The notes beneath the pieces are model-generated. The model was not told the origin of the DNA. It worked only from the letters and a program-made list of their open reading frames with translations, and ran no database searches. From an uncultured Eubacteriales bacterium (GTDB taxonomy: Bacteria > Acidobacteriota > Aminicenantia > Aminicenantales > UBA8522), in contig CAYGXD010000005.1 in NCBI GenBank assembly GCA_964353705.1, positions 14,006 to 64,164 on the forward strand: 50,159 nucleotides of DNA, written 5' to 3'. The position numbers and the translations under genes were made by a program. Every line of letters begins with the position of its first letter. Positions within the stretch are counted from its first letter, which is position 1. Shown piece by piece: positions 26,281 through 35,685 of this stretch.

Positions 26281-28848
26281 ATGGCCTTACCAGTTCAGAA
26301 GCTAGGGAGATTTTTCCACCCGGCCCGGGGATTCCTTGCGGCGCTGCCTTTGGCCGGCCTTCTTCTTTTCTCTCCTCTTCTGAGTGCAGAGGGAACCGCC
26401 TTGATCACCTATCCTCTTGACGGCGACTGGCAGTTCCGCCAGGTCGGCCAGGAGACCTGGCATCCGGCCCGGGTTCCCGGATGTGTGCATCTTGACCTCA
26501 TGGCGGCCGGACTCATCCCGGACCCGTTCTACCGGGACAACGAGCTGAGGGTCCAATGGGTGGAGAAAGAGGAATGGGAATACAGGAAGGATTTTAAGGT
26601 CACCGCTCTTGTTTCAAGCAAAGCTCATGTCGAGCTCGTGGCCCAAGGGTTGGACACGTTTGCCGTGATCTTCCTCAACGGCCAGAAGGTCGGCGAGACC
26701 GACAACATGTTCCGGAGCTGGCGCCTGGATATCAAGCCTTTCCTCCGGCCCGGCCAGAACGAGATCGTCATCCGTTTTGATTCGCCGGTCCGGCGCGCCC
26801 AAGCCCTGGAATCCGGACTGCCGTACAAGCTGCCCGGTGGATCCCCTCATATCCGCAAGGCGCCCTATCATTTCGGCTGGGATTGGGGGCCGCGCCTGGT
26901 CACATCCGGCATCTGGCGTTCCCTGAGCATCGAGGCCTGGGAGGGTGCCCGGCTCGAGGAGCTGGAGATCACCCAGGAGTTCGTGGAAAAAAACAAGGTC
27001 CTGTTGAAAACCCGGGCCGAGGTGCTGTCCGACCGTAACCAGGAAATCGCCATCAAGGCCAGCATCCTGGGGGGAAAACCGTTCTCCCACAGCGAATCGG
27101 TCGATATCAAACCCGGCCTTAACGTGAATGTGAAATCATTCAGCATCATCAACCCCGAACTGTGGTGGCCGGCCGGGATGGGCGCTCAGAACCTGACCAC
27201 CGTCCGGATCGATCTTTATCAGAAGGGCAAGCTGATCGATTCCGCGGTCAAAAGGATCGGGTTCCGGAATCTCGTCCTCGAGCAGAAAGAAGACGAATGG
27301 GGTACGAGTTTCCGGTTTGTCGTCAACGGCGTCCCCTTCTTCGCCAAGGGCGGCAATTGGATCCCCGCCGACTCTTTCCCGCCCCGCGTCCCGAGGCAGA
27401 AATACGAATCGCTTCTCCGCGACTGTGTCGCCGCCAACATGAACATGCTCCGCGTCTGGGGGGGCGGGATCTACGAGTCTCCCGAATTCTATGACCTCTG
27501 TGACGAGTTGGGTCTCCTGGTCTGGCAGGACTTCATGTTCGCCTGTTCCCTGGTCCCCGGCGATGCTGCCTTCGAGGAGAATGTCCGGGCCGAGGCCGAA
27601 CACATAGTGAAGGAACTGCGGCACCGGCCCTCTATCGCGCTCTGGTGCGGGAATAACGAGTGCGAGGAGGGCTGGTTCCATTGGGGCTGGAAGGAGCAAT
27701 TCCCGGCGACAGTCTGGGACGATTACGAGAAGATCTTCCACAAGATCCTTCCCCGGACGGTTGAGCGGCTCGATCCCAGCCGCAGCTATTGGCCGAGCTC
27801 ACCGCACTCGGTGCAAGTCGGCGACCCGCGCTCGGACCGGTCGGGAGACATGCACTACTGGGGGATCTGGCACGGCCGGGAGCCGTTCGCCGAATACCGG
27901 AAAAAGTTCCACCGGTTCTTCAGCGAATTCGGGTTCCAGTCGTTCCCGCTTATCGGGACGGTGGAGACCTTCACTCTGCCCCAGGACCGCAACATCGCCT
28001 CTCCAGTCATGGAGCAACACCAGAAACACCCCGAGGGCAACCGCCTCATCCTTCTCTATTTGCTTGACCACTACCGGCTGCCCAAGGACTTCGAATCGCT
28101 CCTCTGGGTGAGCCAGGTCCTCCAGGCGGAGGGCATGAAGACCGCCGTCGAGCATTTCCGCAGCCAGATGCCCCGCGTCATGGGCGCGCTCTACTGGCAG
28201 ATCAACGACTGCTGGCCGGTGGCCTCCTGGTCCGGCACGGATTATTACGGAAATTGGAAGGCTCTTCACTATTACGCCAAGAGGTTCTATAACCCCCTGC
28301 TCGTCGTGCCCATCGAAGACGAAAAGGACCTTCGTATCTACGGCATCTCGGACTTGGACCAACCGGTTGATGCCGAGCTCCATTTGGGGGTATATACCTA
28401 CGAAGGAACCGCCGTCCAGCAGGGAAAGACGCCTCTCCGGATAGACCCGAGGACCAGCCGCCTGGTGGTCAGCAAACCTCTCGAGGAGCTGAGAAGCGGC
28501 CTTCCCCCGAACGAGATATACCTCGTCTGCGAGTTGACGAAAGGGGAGACGACGCTGAGCTCCAATGTCTTTCATTTTTCGCCTCTCAAGAGGGTCGAAC
28601 TTCCCCAGCCCGAGATCCGGCCGGAGGTTTTGACCAGGGACGGCCAGCTGGTCGTCCGGCTTCAGACCTCGAAGCTGGCCAAAGATGTCTATCTTTCGGC
28701 GCCCGGGATAAAAGGTCGGTTCAGCGACAATTTCTTTGATCTCCTTCCGGGCCGAACCGGAGAGGTCGTATTTGTCTCCGACCTGCCGACGACCGGGGAC
28801 GAACTCAAGGCGGCCTTAAAAATCATCTCGCTCAAGGATACATATTAA
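26281..28848 (+). CDS. GH2 beta-mannosidase-like glycoside hydrolase, exported
   Basis: FGWDWGP, FAKGGNWIP, MLRVWGGG, VWQDFMF, WCGNNE (acid/base), FFSEFG (nucleophile), YWQINDCWP. Confidence 0.9.
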   Translation: MALPVQKLGRFFHPARGFLAALPLAGLLLFSPLLSAEGTALITYPLDGDWQFRQVGQETWHPARVPGCVHLDLMAAGLIPDPFYRDNELRVQWVEKEEWEYRKDFKVTALVSSKAHVELVAQGLDTFAVIFLNGQKVGETDNMFRSWRLDIKPFLRPGQNEIVIRFDSPVRRAQALESGLPYKLPGGSPHIRKAPYHFGWDWGPRLVTSGIWRSLSIEAWEGARLEELEITQEFVEKNKVLLKTRAEVLSDRNQEIAIKASILGGKPFSHSESVDIKPGLNVNVKSFSIINPELWWPAGMGAQNLTTVRIDLYQKGKLIDSAVKRIGFRNLVLEQKEDEWGTSFRFVVNGVPFFAKGGNWIPADSFPPRVPRQKYESLLRDCVAANMNMLRVWGGGIYESPEFYDLCDELGLLVWQDFMFACSLVPGDAAFEENVRAEAEHIVKELRHRPSIALWCGNNECEEGWFHWGWKEQFPATVWDDYEKIFHKILPRTVERLDPSRSYWPSSPHSVQVGDPRSDRSGDMHYWGIWHGREPFAEYRKKFHRFFSEFGFQSFPLIGTVETFTLPQDRNIASPVMEQHQKHPEGNRLILLYLLDHYRLPKDFESLLWVSQVLQAEGMKTAVEHFRSQMPRVMGALYWQINDCWPVASWSGTDYYGNWKALHYYAKRFYNPLLVVPIEDEKDLRIYGISDLDQPVDAELHLGVYTYEGTAVQQGKTPLRIDPRTSRLVVSKPLEELRSGLPPNEIYLVCELTKGETTLSSNVFHFSPLKRVELPQPEIRPEVLTRDGQLVVRLQTSKLAKDVYLSAPGIKGRFSDNFFDLLPGRTGEVVFVSDLPTTGDELKAALKIISLKDTY

Positions 28849-28929
28849 GCTCCGGCGGAGCTGGTGAAGTCCGCACAGAGAAAGGATTGTCGGCGAATCC
28901 TTCGCCAAAACAGAATGAGGAGCAAGGTC

Positions 28930-31239
28930 ATGAGTTTCACCCGGAACGATCGGCTGCCGAAGGGATTTGGGCGGGTGGCTGTTCTTCTGATTGCCCTGGT
29001 CGGGCCGCTTCTTTCGGTCCAGAAAAAGACCGACTTCTTCCCCGTATCCGTCTGGTACGCCGGCGGGAAGGCCCGGGCCCCGATGCTCGAGAAGGTGACG
29101 CCCGAGTCGCCCCGCATCTGGAAGAGGGACTTGGACGAGATCAAAAACCTGGGCTTCAACACCGTCCGAACGTGGATCGAGTGGACGAACTGCGAACCCG
29201 AGGAAGGCCGGTACGATTTCAGCGCCCTGCGCACCCTCGTCGACCTGGCCGGGCAGGCAGGACTTCGAGTCATTGTACAAGTCTATATCGACTCGGCTCC
29301 GGACTGGGTGGGAAGAAAATACCCGGACTCCAAGTTCGTCGCCTCGAACGGGCTGGCCGTCGAATCGCAGGCTTCTCCGGGGTTCTGCTTCGACCATCTG
29401 CAGGTCAGGGAGAAGATCCTCCGCTTTTTCGCCGAGGCGGCCAGGGTCGTCAAGGACAAACCGGCTTTTCTGGGATGGGACCTCTGGAGCGAGCCCCACA
29501 TCATCAATTGGGCGGAGGTCTATCATCTCGGCGACCTGGAGTATGTCCAGTTCTGCTACTGCCATTCGACCAAGGCGAGGTTCCGTGACTGGTTGAAGCT
29601 TAAATACAGGACTATCGAAAACCTCAATAAAGCCTGGTACCGGACCTTCGCCGGCTGGGATGAGGTCGACCCTCCGCGTTTCGGGACGATCCTGACCTAT
29701 ACCGATTATATCGACTGGAAGAGCTTTATTTCCGACAAGCTGGCCGAAGACCTGGAGATGAAAGCGGAGGCGGTGGAATCCGTGGTGCCCGAGGGAGTCG
29801 TCACCAGCCATTCGGCCATCCCGGGCCTTTATAGCAAGCCCGTCTGGAGCGGGACGCCCGACGACCGCAAGATGGCCGCTGCCGTCGACTACTACGGCGT
29901 TTCGATCTACCCCAAGCACGCCTGGACGGTCCGGCCGTGGTCGCCCTTCTTCCGCGCTGCCGGGAACGACTTCATCCGCTCCATGAGCTGGGCGAACGGC
30001 GGTTTCTATATCGGCGAGCTCCAGGCCGGCTACGGAGTTTTCGGGATGAAGCTCAGCGTGCCGGTCGTCGGGGCGGACCTCCGCGACTGGATGTGGTCGG
30101 CCGTCTCCTGCGGGGCGCGCGCGGTCAACATCTATGCCTACTACCCGATGAGCTCCGGCTATGAGGCCGGCGGCTACGGGCTCGTGGAGCTCGACGGGAA
30201 GGTGACGGAGCGCGCGGTCGAGGCCGGGAAGATCGCCCGGATCATCACGGAAAACATGGACCTTTTTCTCCGCAGCCGTCCTCCCAAGGCGGAAGTGGCC
30301 GTCCTGTATAATCCTCTCTCCCACATGGTCGGCGGTCAGCAGACCTTTACCGGCGAGGGACAAACGGTCGGAGTGAACAACCTGAGCGAATCCCTTCAAG
30401 GCGTCCACAGGGCCTTTTTCGAGCGGGGCATCCTGGTGGATTTCCTGCACGTCATGGACCTCACCCCGGAGCGCTGGAGCCAGCACAAATTGCTCATCGT
30501 TCCCTACCCTGTGATGATGTCCCAGTCGGACATCAGAAAACTCATCGCCTACGTTGAAGCCGGAGGAACGCTCGTCTCCGAGGCACGCTGCGGCTGGGTG
30601 GACGAGCGGGGTTTTTCAGCGGACATCATCCCGGGCGGCGGGCTTCATCAGGTTCTTGGCTGCCGGGAGTCCTATCTCAGGCCGCTTCCCAAACCTTCGA
30701 CGCTGACGATCAAAGGGGCTCACAAGGAGATCCCCTTGCTCAAGGACGGCGACAAAATCGACACGCTGTTCTTCGAGGAAGGGTTTGAACTCAGCGGCGC
30801 CAAGGGCCGGGTTCTGGCGGAATTCGATAACGGCCGTCCGGCGATCGTCTATGCCGAACACGGAAAGGGGAGGGCCATGATCGTCGGTTCCTTCATCGGA
30901 TCGGCCTACCATCATTTCCAGAATCCGAACAACGGGAAGTTCCTGGCCGGGCTCGCGGACTGGCTCGGGATCGTCCGTCCCGTTGAAGTCAAGGTGGCCG
31001 AGAACGATGTCCTGGTGGAGGCGAGATTGCTCGAAGGGGACGGGCGGAAGATCCTGTTCGCTTTCAACCGCGGAGAGAGGAAGGCGGCCGCCGAGTTTGC
31101 CGTGGCCGCGGCGGACGGACATTTCAAGGCGCTGGATTTGGAAACAAAAGAGATGATCCCCGTCCAATTCAGGCAAGGCCGTTTACATTTGAGCAAGGGC
31201 CTGGAGCCGGGCCAAGCCTGGGTCGTCCTCCTGGAATAA
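28930..31239 (+). CDS. GH42-like (clan GH-A) glycoside hydrolase with trimerisation domain, exported
   Basis: LGFNTVR...W...EPEEGRYDF, APDW, WDLWSEPH, CYC, FRDWLKLKYRTIENLNKAW, GELQAG; SD GAGGAG before ATG 28930. Confidence 0.8.
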   Translation: MSFTRNDRLPKGFGRVAVLLIALVGPLLSVQKKTDFFPVSVWYAGGKARAPMLEKVTPESPRIWKRDLDEIKNLGFNTVRTWIEWTNCEPEEGRYDFSALRTLVDLAGQAGLRVIVQVYIDSAPDWVGRKYPDSKFVASNGLAVESQASPGFCFDHLQVREKILRFFAEAARVVKDKPAFLGWDLWSEPHIINWAEVYHLGDLEYVQFCYCHSTKARFRDWLKLKYRTIENLNKAWYRTFAGWDEVDPPRFGTILTYTDYIDWKSFISDKLAEDLEMKAEAVESVVPEGVVTSHSAIPGLYSKPVWSGTPDDRKMAAAVDYYGVSIYPKHAWTVRPWSPFFRAAGNDFIRSMSWANGGFYIGELQAGYGVFGMKLSVPVVGADLRDWMWSAVSCGARAVNIYAYYPMSSGYEAGGYGLVELDGKVTERAVEAGKIARIITENMDLFLRSRPPKAEVAVLYNPLSHMVGGQQTFTGEGQTVGVNNLSESLQGVHRAFFERGILVDFLHVMDLTPERWSQHKLLIVPYPVMMSQSDIRKLIAYVEAGGTLVSEARCGWVDERGFSADIIPGGGLHQVLGCRESYLRPLPKPSTLTIKGAHKEIPLLKDGDKIDTLFFEEGFELSGAKGRVLAEFDNGRPAIVYAEHGKGRAMIVGSFIGSAYHHFQNPNNGKFLAGLADWLGIVRPVEVKVAENDVLVEARLLEGDGRKILFAFNRGERKAAAEFAVAAADGHFKALDLETKEMIPVQFRQGRLHLSKGLEPGQAWVVLLE

Positions 31240-31243
31240 TAAA

Positions 31244-32317
31244 TTGAAAAAAATGTACTGCGGCGGGATCGACATCGGGGGCACGAAGATCGCCTCCGCC
31301 CTGTTTACGGAAGACGGCCGGATGTCCGGACGAAAAAGGGTTCCGATCGACAGCGGCTCAGCGGATAAACCGGTTCGCCAGATTGCCGGTCTGATACGCG
31401 ATCTCGAAAGCCGGGCTCGAGCGCATTCCGGCGAGCTCCTCGCCATCGGGATATCTATCCCCGGCGTCGTCTTTGTCCGGACCGGCCGTGTCTGGGCTCC
31501 CAACATACCGGGATGGGATCACTTCCCCCTGCGCGACCGGCTGGCAGCAAAGTCCAAAACCCCGCTCGTTTTGGACAGCGACCGCAGCGCCTATGTGCTG
31601 GGTGAACAATGGTGCGGGGCGGCCAGGGGAAAAAAGGACGTGGTCTTCCTGGCCGTCGGCACCGGGATCGGAGCCGGTATCCTCTCCGGCGGAAGGCTTG
31701 TCCGGGGAAGCCGCGGCATCGCCGGCGCGGTCGGCTGGTTCGGCCTTGACCCCCGCTTCAAGAGCGAATACTCAGCCATGGGCTGTTTCGAAGCGGAAGC
31801 GTCCGGAGGGTCGATCGGTCGGAAGGCCAGGGAGCTCCTGGCGTCCGGCGAGCCATCTGTGATGAGGGACGCGGTCAAGGGCCGGATCGATCGTGCAACG
31901 GCCCGGACCGTCGTGGAGTCGGCCCGGGCGGGAGATCTTTTAGCCAGGCACATCCTGGACAGGGCCGTTGTCTACCTGGCGATGGGCATCGCCAACATCG
32001 TCAGCATCCTCAACCCGGAGACGATCGTCCTGGGAGGCGGTTTGTTCCAAGCGTCCGACCTCCTCCTTGATCCGGTCAGGAGAGAATTCAAGAAGTGGGC
32101 CCAGCCGCTGGCCGCCCAAAAAGTGAAAATCGAGCTCGCGGTGTTGGGCGAGAACGCCGGCCTTTACGGAGCCGCGAAGTTTGCCTGGGATCATATAGGA
32201 AGATCATGGATACCGACACAAGCCTCCTTCTATCAATCCTCCTCCCCGGGAGGGAGGAGGTCGGAAGGAGGGGGGTTCCATCATTCACGGGCGCCCGGCA
32301 AGCCCAAGAAAAAATAA
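31244..32317 (+). CDS. ROK family sugar kinase (atypical)
   Basis: GIDIGGTKI ATP motif, ISIPG, APNIPGW, GTGIGAG, LGGG; no N-terminal HTH. Confidence 0.85.
   Translation: MKKMYCGGIDIGGTKIASALFTEDGRMSGRKRVPIDSGSADKPVRQIAGLIRDLESRARAHSGELLAIGISIPGVVFVRTGRVWAPNIPGWDHFPLRDRLAAKSKTPLVLDSDRSAYVLGEQWCGAARGKKDVVFLAVGTGIGAGILSGGRLVRGSRGIAGAVGWFGLDPRFKSEYSAMGCFEAEASGGSIGRKARELLASGEPSVMRDAVKGRIDRATARTVVESARAGDLLARHILDRAVVYLAMGIANIVSILNPETIVLGGGLFQASDLLLDPVRREFKKWAQPLAAQKVKIELAVLGENAGLYGAAKFAWDHIGRSWIPTQASFYQSSSPGGRRSEGGGFHHSRAPGKPKKK
32223..32271. repeat. REP-like nested palindrome inside the ROK gene 3' end
   Basis: CCTCCTTC...CCTCCTCCC-cggga-GGGAGGAGG...GAAGGAGG. Confidence 0.45.
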
Positions 32318-32329
32318 AGGAGGGCGGAA

Positions 32330-33106
32330 ATGTCGTCTTTCGAGTATCTCAGCCGGATCCAGGGCATCATCGAGACCATAAAGAAGAAAGAACTGAAAAA
32401 TATCCAGGCGGCGGGCCGGATCATGGCCCGGTCGGTCGAGCGCGGCGGAAGAATCTACGCCTACGGAACCGGCCATTCCGCGATCCCGGTGCTGGACCTC
32501 TATCCGCGCTATGGGAGCTTTGTCGGGTTTTACCCGCTTTATGACCCGCGGCTGATGTGGTTCAACGTGATCGGCCCGGGCGGGGCGCGGGAGCTGCTGT
32601 GGCTGGAGAGGCGGGAAGGGTACGCCAAGGTTTTTTTGGAAAGCTATAAGCTCGAACCGCGGGATTGCCTGATCGCCTTCTCCCACGGCGGCCTGAACTC
32701 GGCCGCGATCGAGGTCGCCGTCGAGGCCAGATCCAAAGGGCTCAAGGTTATCACCGTCTCGTCCCACGCTAACCGGAAGATCTCGAAGCCGCGCCATTCC
32801 TCGGGAAAATTCCTCTCCGACCTGGCCGATGTGGCCATCGACAACTGCACTCCGCACGAGGACGGCCTGGTCGACGTCGGGAAGAGGGAGAAGGTAGCTG
32901 CCGGATCGACGGTGGCCGCGGTTGCCATCGCCATGGCACTCGTCGCCGAGGCGGGCGCGGTTCTGGCCAAAAAGAATAAGCTCCCGCCGACCTTCGTTTC
33001 GCCTAATGTTCAGGGGGTACCCAAGGGTCACATGGACAAGGTCTACGAGGCCTTCTCGGAATTCTATTATGCCCGGCCCTGGAGGCGGCGGAAGGCGACG
33101 AGATGA
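32330..33106 (+). CDS. SIS-domain sugar-phosphate isomerase-like protein (UPF0309 type)
   Basis: GGRIYAYGTGHS, FSHGGLN, GLKVITVSS, ADVAIDNCTP. Confidence 0.85.
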   Translation: MSSFEYLSRIQGIIETIKKKELKNIQAAGRIMARSVERGGRIYAYGTGHSAIPVLDLYPRYGSFVGFYPLYDPRLMWFNVIGPGGARELLWLERREGYAKVFLESYKLEPRDCLIAFSHGGLNSAAIEVAVEARSKGLKVITVSSHANRKISKPRHSSGKFLSDLADVAIDNCTPHEDGLVDVGKREKVAAGSTVAAVAIAMALVAEAGAVLAKKNKLPPTFVSPNVQGVPKGHMDKVYEAFSEFYYARPWRRRKATR

Positions 33107-34317
33107 ATAAAAAGACCGGGCCTCCCAGCCGGACGCCCGCCGGAGTCCGTCCCCTGATGTTCTCCGCCTGGGCGGGGATCTTCGTCTTTGGGATCGTCAT
33201 GGCCATCCTGGGCGCGATCCTGCCGTCGCTCTTCGAGCGCATCCAGTTCAGCAAGAGCGAGGCCGGAAATCTCTTTTTCTTCATGAACCTGGCCATGCTC
33301 GGGATGTCGGTCGTCTTCGGCCCGGTCGTCGACCGCTTCGGCTACCGGATCTTCCTGGCCCTGTGCGGCCTGCTCGTGGCGCTCTCATTTTTATTGTTCA
33401 CTATCGCGCCGACCTACTCTCTGTTGATGATAGCGGCCCTTCTTCTCGGTCTCGGAGGCGGGGGACTCAATGGAGGATCCAACGCCCTGACCAGCGACCT
33501 CAACCCGGAGAGCCGGAGCGCCTCTCTCAACCTCCTCGGCATCTTTTTTGGGTTCGGAGCGCTGCTCATTCCGTTCCTCATCGGGACGCTCCTCGGCCGC
33601 CTCGGCCTCGAGGCGATCCTGGTCATCGCCGCCTTCCTCAGCCTGATCCCGTTTGCCTTCTTCCTCCTGATTCGCTTTCCCGCGGCCAAGCAGGCCCGGG
33701 GTTTTCCTCTGCGGCAGGCGGCTCAGGTTATCCGCAGCCCTCTTCTCTGGCTGTGCGGATTCCTGCTTTTTTTCCAGTCAGGAAACGAGTTCACGGTCGG
33801 CGGCTGGGTCTCCACCTACCTCAACGAGAATTTTCATTTTTCGGCGATGTCCGCCTCTCTTGTCCTGGCCGGATATTGGGGGGCGATGATGGTCGGGAGG
33901 CTCATCGTCTCGCGGAAGCTGGTCCGGGTCTGGAAGAATGAGACCTTGATCCTCTCCAGCGCTATCCTGTCCCTCGCCGGCACCGCCATGGTGGCCGCCG
34001 CGCCCTCGGGGACTCTGGCCTCTATCGGTGTGGTCCTCACCGGGCTCGGGTTTGCCGCCATATTCCCGACGACGCTGGCCATCGCCGGAGAAGCCTTCTC
34101 CGACCTCACCGGGACCGCCTTCAGCGTTATTTTCATGGTCGCCCTGGCCGGCGGCATGACCGCTCCCTGGCTCGCGGGGAAGGTGGCCGATGCTTCCGGG
34201 CTTCGCGCCGGGCTCATCATCCCGGTCGTCGGCTGCGTGATGATCATCCTGCTCGAGATCGCCATCAGTCACGCAAGGGGCCGCCTAAGGGGTCAGGTCT
34301 CAACAATCAACAAATGA
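33103..34317 (+). CDS. MFS sugar transporter (FucP/TsgA-like)
   Basis: 12 TM segments; GPVVDRFG, NLLGIFFGFG, QSGNEFTVGGW, AAIFPT; overlaps the SIS stop (ATGA). Confidence 0.85.
   Translation: MNKKTGPPSRTPAGVRPLMFSAWAGIFVFGIVMAILGAILPSLFERIQFSKSEAGNLFFFMNLAMLGMSVVFGPVVDRFGYRIFLALCGLLVALSFLLFTIAPTYSLLMIAALLLGLGGGGLNGGSNALTSDLNPESRSASLNLLGIFFGFGALLIPFLIGTLLGRLGLEAILVIAAFLSLIPFAFFLLIRFPAAKQARGFPLRQAAQVIRSPLLWLCGFLLFFQSGNEFTVGGWVSTYLNENFHFSAMSASLVLAGYWGAMMVGRLIVSRKLVRVWKNETLILSSAILSLAGTAMVAAAPSGTLASIGVVLTGLGFAAIFPTTLAIAGEAFSDLTGTAFSVIFMVALAGGMTAPWLAGKVADASGLRAGLIIPVVGCVMIILLEIAISHARGRLRGQVSTINK
34287..34315 (+). repeat. 29-bp dispersed repeat unit (REP/MITE end)
   Basis: AAGGGGTCAGGTCTCAACAATCAACAAAT is the exact reverse complement of 47428-47456. 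Confidence 0.8.
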
Positions 34318-34404
34318 AGCGACCCCCCTTCTCTTGAATCCTATTTTTCGACGCTTCGGGGATAGGGTATAATCGACGGGAAATCCTATGAGGAAGGTTT
34401 CCCC

Positions 34405-35559
34405 ATGCAACGGACAGCCTTGATTGGAAATATCGTTCTCCCTGACCGAGTCTTGGAGGGTGGCGCAGTTGTCATCGAAGGAGAAAGGATCATGGGCGTC
34501 CTCTCCTCCGATATAATCCGGGCGGCCGGGGAAAGCGAAGTCCTTGATTATCGCCATCACTTTGTTTCACCCGGGCTCATCGACATCCACCTCCACGGCG
34601 CCATGGGAAAAGACGTGATGGACGGGAGCGCCGCCGGGCTCGTAGAGATTGCCGCCCACCAGGCCCGCTGCGGCGTCACCGGTTTTGTGCCGACGACGCT
34701 CGCGGCGCCTTTGCCCGCGATCCTGAGGGCGGTCGAGTGCGTGAAAGCTGCGCTGACGGATCGGACGGGAGCGGAGATTTTGGGCGTCTATCTCGAGGCC
34801 CCGTTTCTCAGTGTCAAGAAGAAAGGGGCCCAGAACCCTGATTTCATCAGGCCGATCCAAGACGCAGACGTCCGTTTGCTGGCCGCGGCCGGTCAATCGC
34901 TCCCCACCATCGTCACTGTCGCCCCCGAGGTCGGCGCCAACCTGAGCTTCATTCCGGCTTTCAAAGAGAGAGGATGGGTGGTCTCCATCGGGCATTCTGA
35001 GGCCGCCTATGAGCTGGCGATCCGAAGCTTTGAGCAGGGCATCACTCAGGCGACCCACCTCTACAATGCGATGAGCGGCTTTCTGCCGCGCGAGCCGGGC
35101 GTCATCGGCGCGGTCCTCGATTCCGACGGGGTGACAGCCGAGCTCATTGCCGACGGTATCCACGTCCATCCGGCTGCCTTGCGGCTCGCCATTCGGCAAA
35201 AGGGCGTAGACCGCATCTGTCTGATCACAGACAGCATGAATGCCGCCGGGCTCGGCGATGGAGATTTTCAAGTGGGCGGGTTGGACGTCGCGGTCAAGGA
35301 TGGACAAGCCCGGCTCAGAGACGGCGGTGCGCTCGTCGGAAGCGTCCTCACTCTTAACCGGGCCGTCGGAAATATCGTTCATTGGGCCGGGCTGCCTTTG
35401 CCTCTAGCCGTCCGGATGGCCTCTCTGACTCCGGCCCGCGTCCTCGGCCTCGACCGCGAAATCGGAAGCCTGGAGACTGGCAAGCTGGCCAACCTGACGG
35501 TCCTCGACCGCAATTTCAACGTCATAACCACAATTCTGCGCGGCCGGGAATTAACCTGA
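34405..35559 (+). CDS. nagA: N-acetylglucosamine-6-phosphate deacetylase
   Basis: PGLIDIHLHG, YLEAPF, KKGAQ, TVAPE, GHS, THLYNAM, IADGIHVHP, ITDSM. Confidence 0.92.
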   Translation: MQRTALIGNIVLPDRVLEGGAVVIEGERIMGVLSSDIIRAAGESEVLDYRHHFVSPGLIDIHLHGAMGKDVMDGSAAGLVEIAAHQARCGVTGFVPTTLAAPLPAILRAVECVKAALTDRTGAEILGVYLEAPFLSVKKKGAQNPDFIRPIQDADVRLLAAAGQSLPTIVTVAPEVGANLSFIPAFKERGWVVSIGHSEAAYELAIRSFEQGITQATHLYNAMSGFLPREPGVIGAVLDSDGVTAELIADGIHVHPAALRLAIRQKGVDRICLITDSMNAAGLGDGDFQVGGLDVAVKDGQARLRDGGALVGSVLTLNRAVGNIVHWAGLPLPLAVRMASLTPARVLGLDREIGSLETGKLANLTVLDRNFNVITTILRGRELT

Positions 35560-35685
35560 ATCCTTCATGAAGTATAGAGCTATGAATCGCTTCTCCCAGG
35601 ACGGGAGGGGTCCATTCGGCTCTGTCCCTTGTGAGTATGTCAGTCTGGGGAGCAGGCGGGAGCCTTAATTTCTGGGGAGGTCGAG

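Noticed and set aside
34378-34404. Hairpin occluding the nagA Shine-Dalgarno (GGGAAATCCT...AGGTTTCCC)
   Set aside because: The TATAAT at 34368-34373 puts the TSS inside the 5' arm, so the stem would be short and weak; not enough to claim regulation
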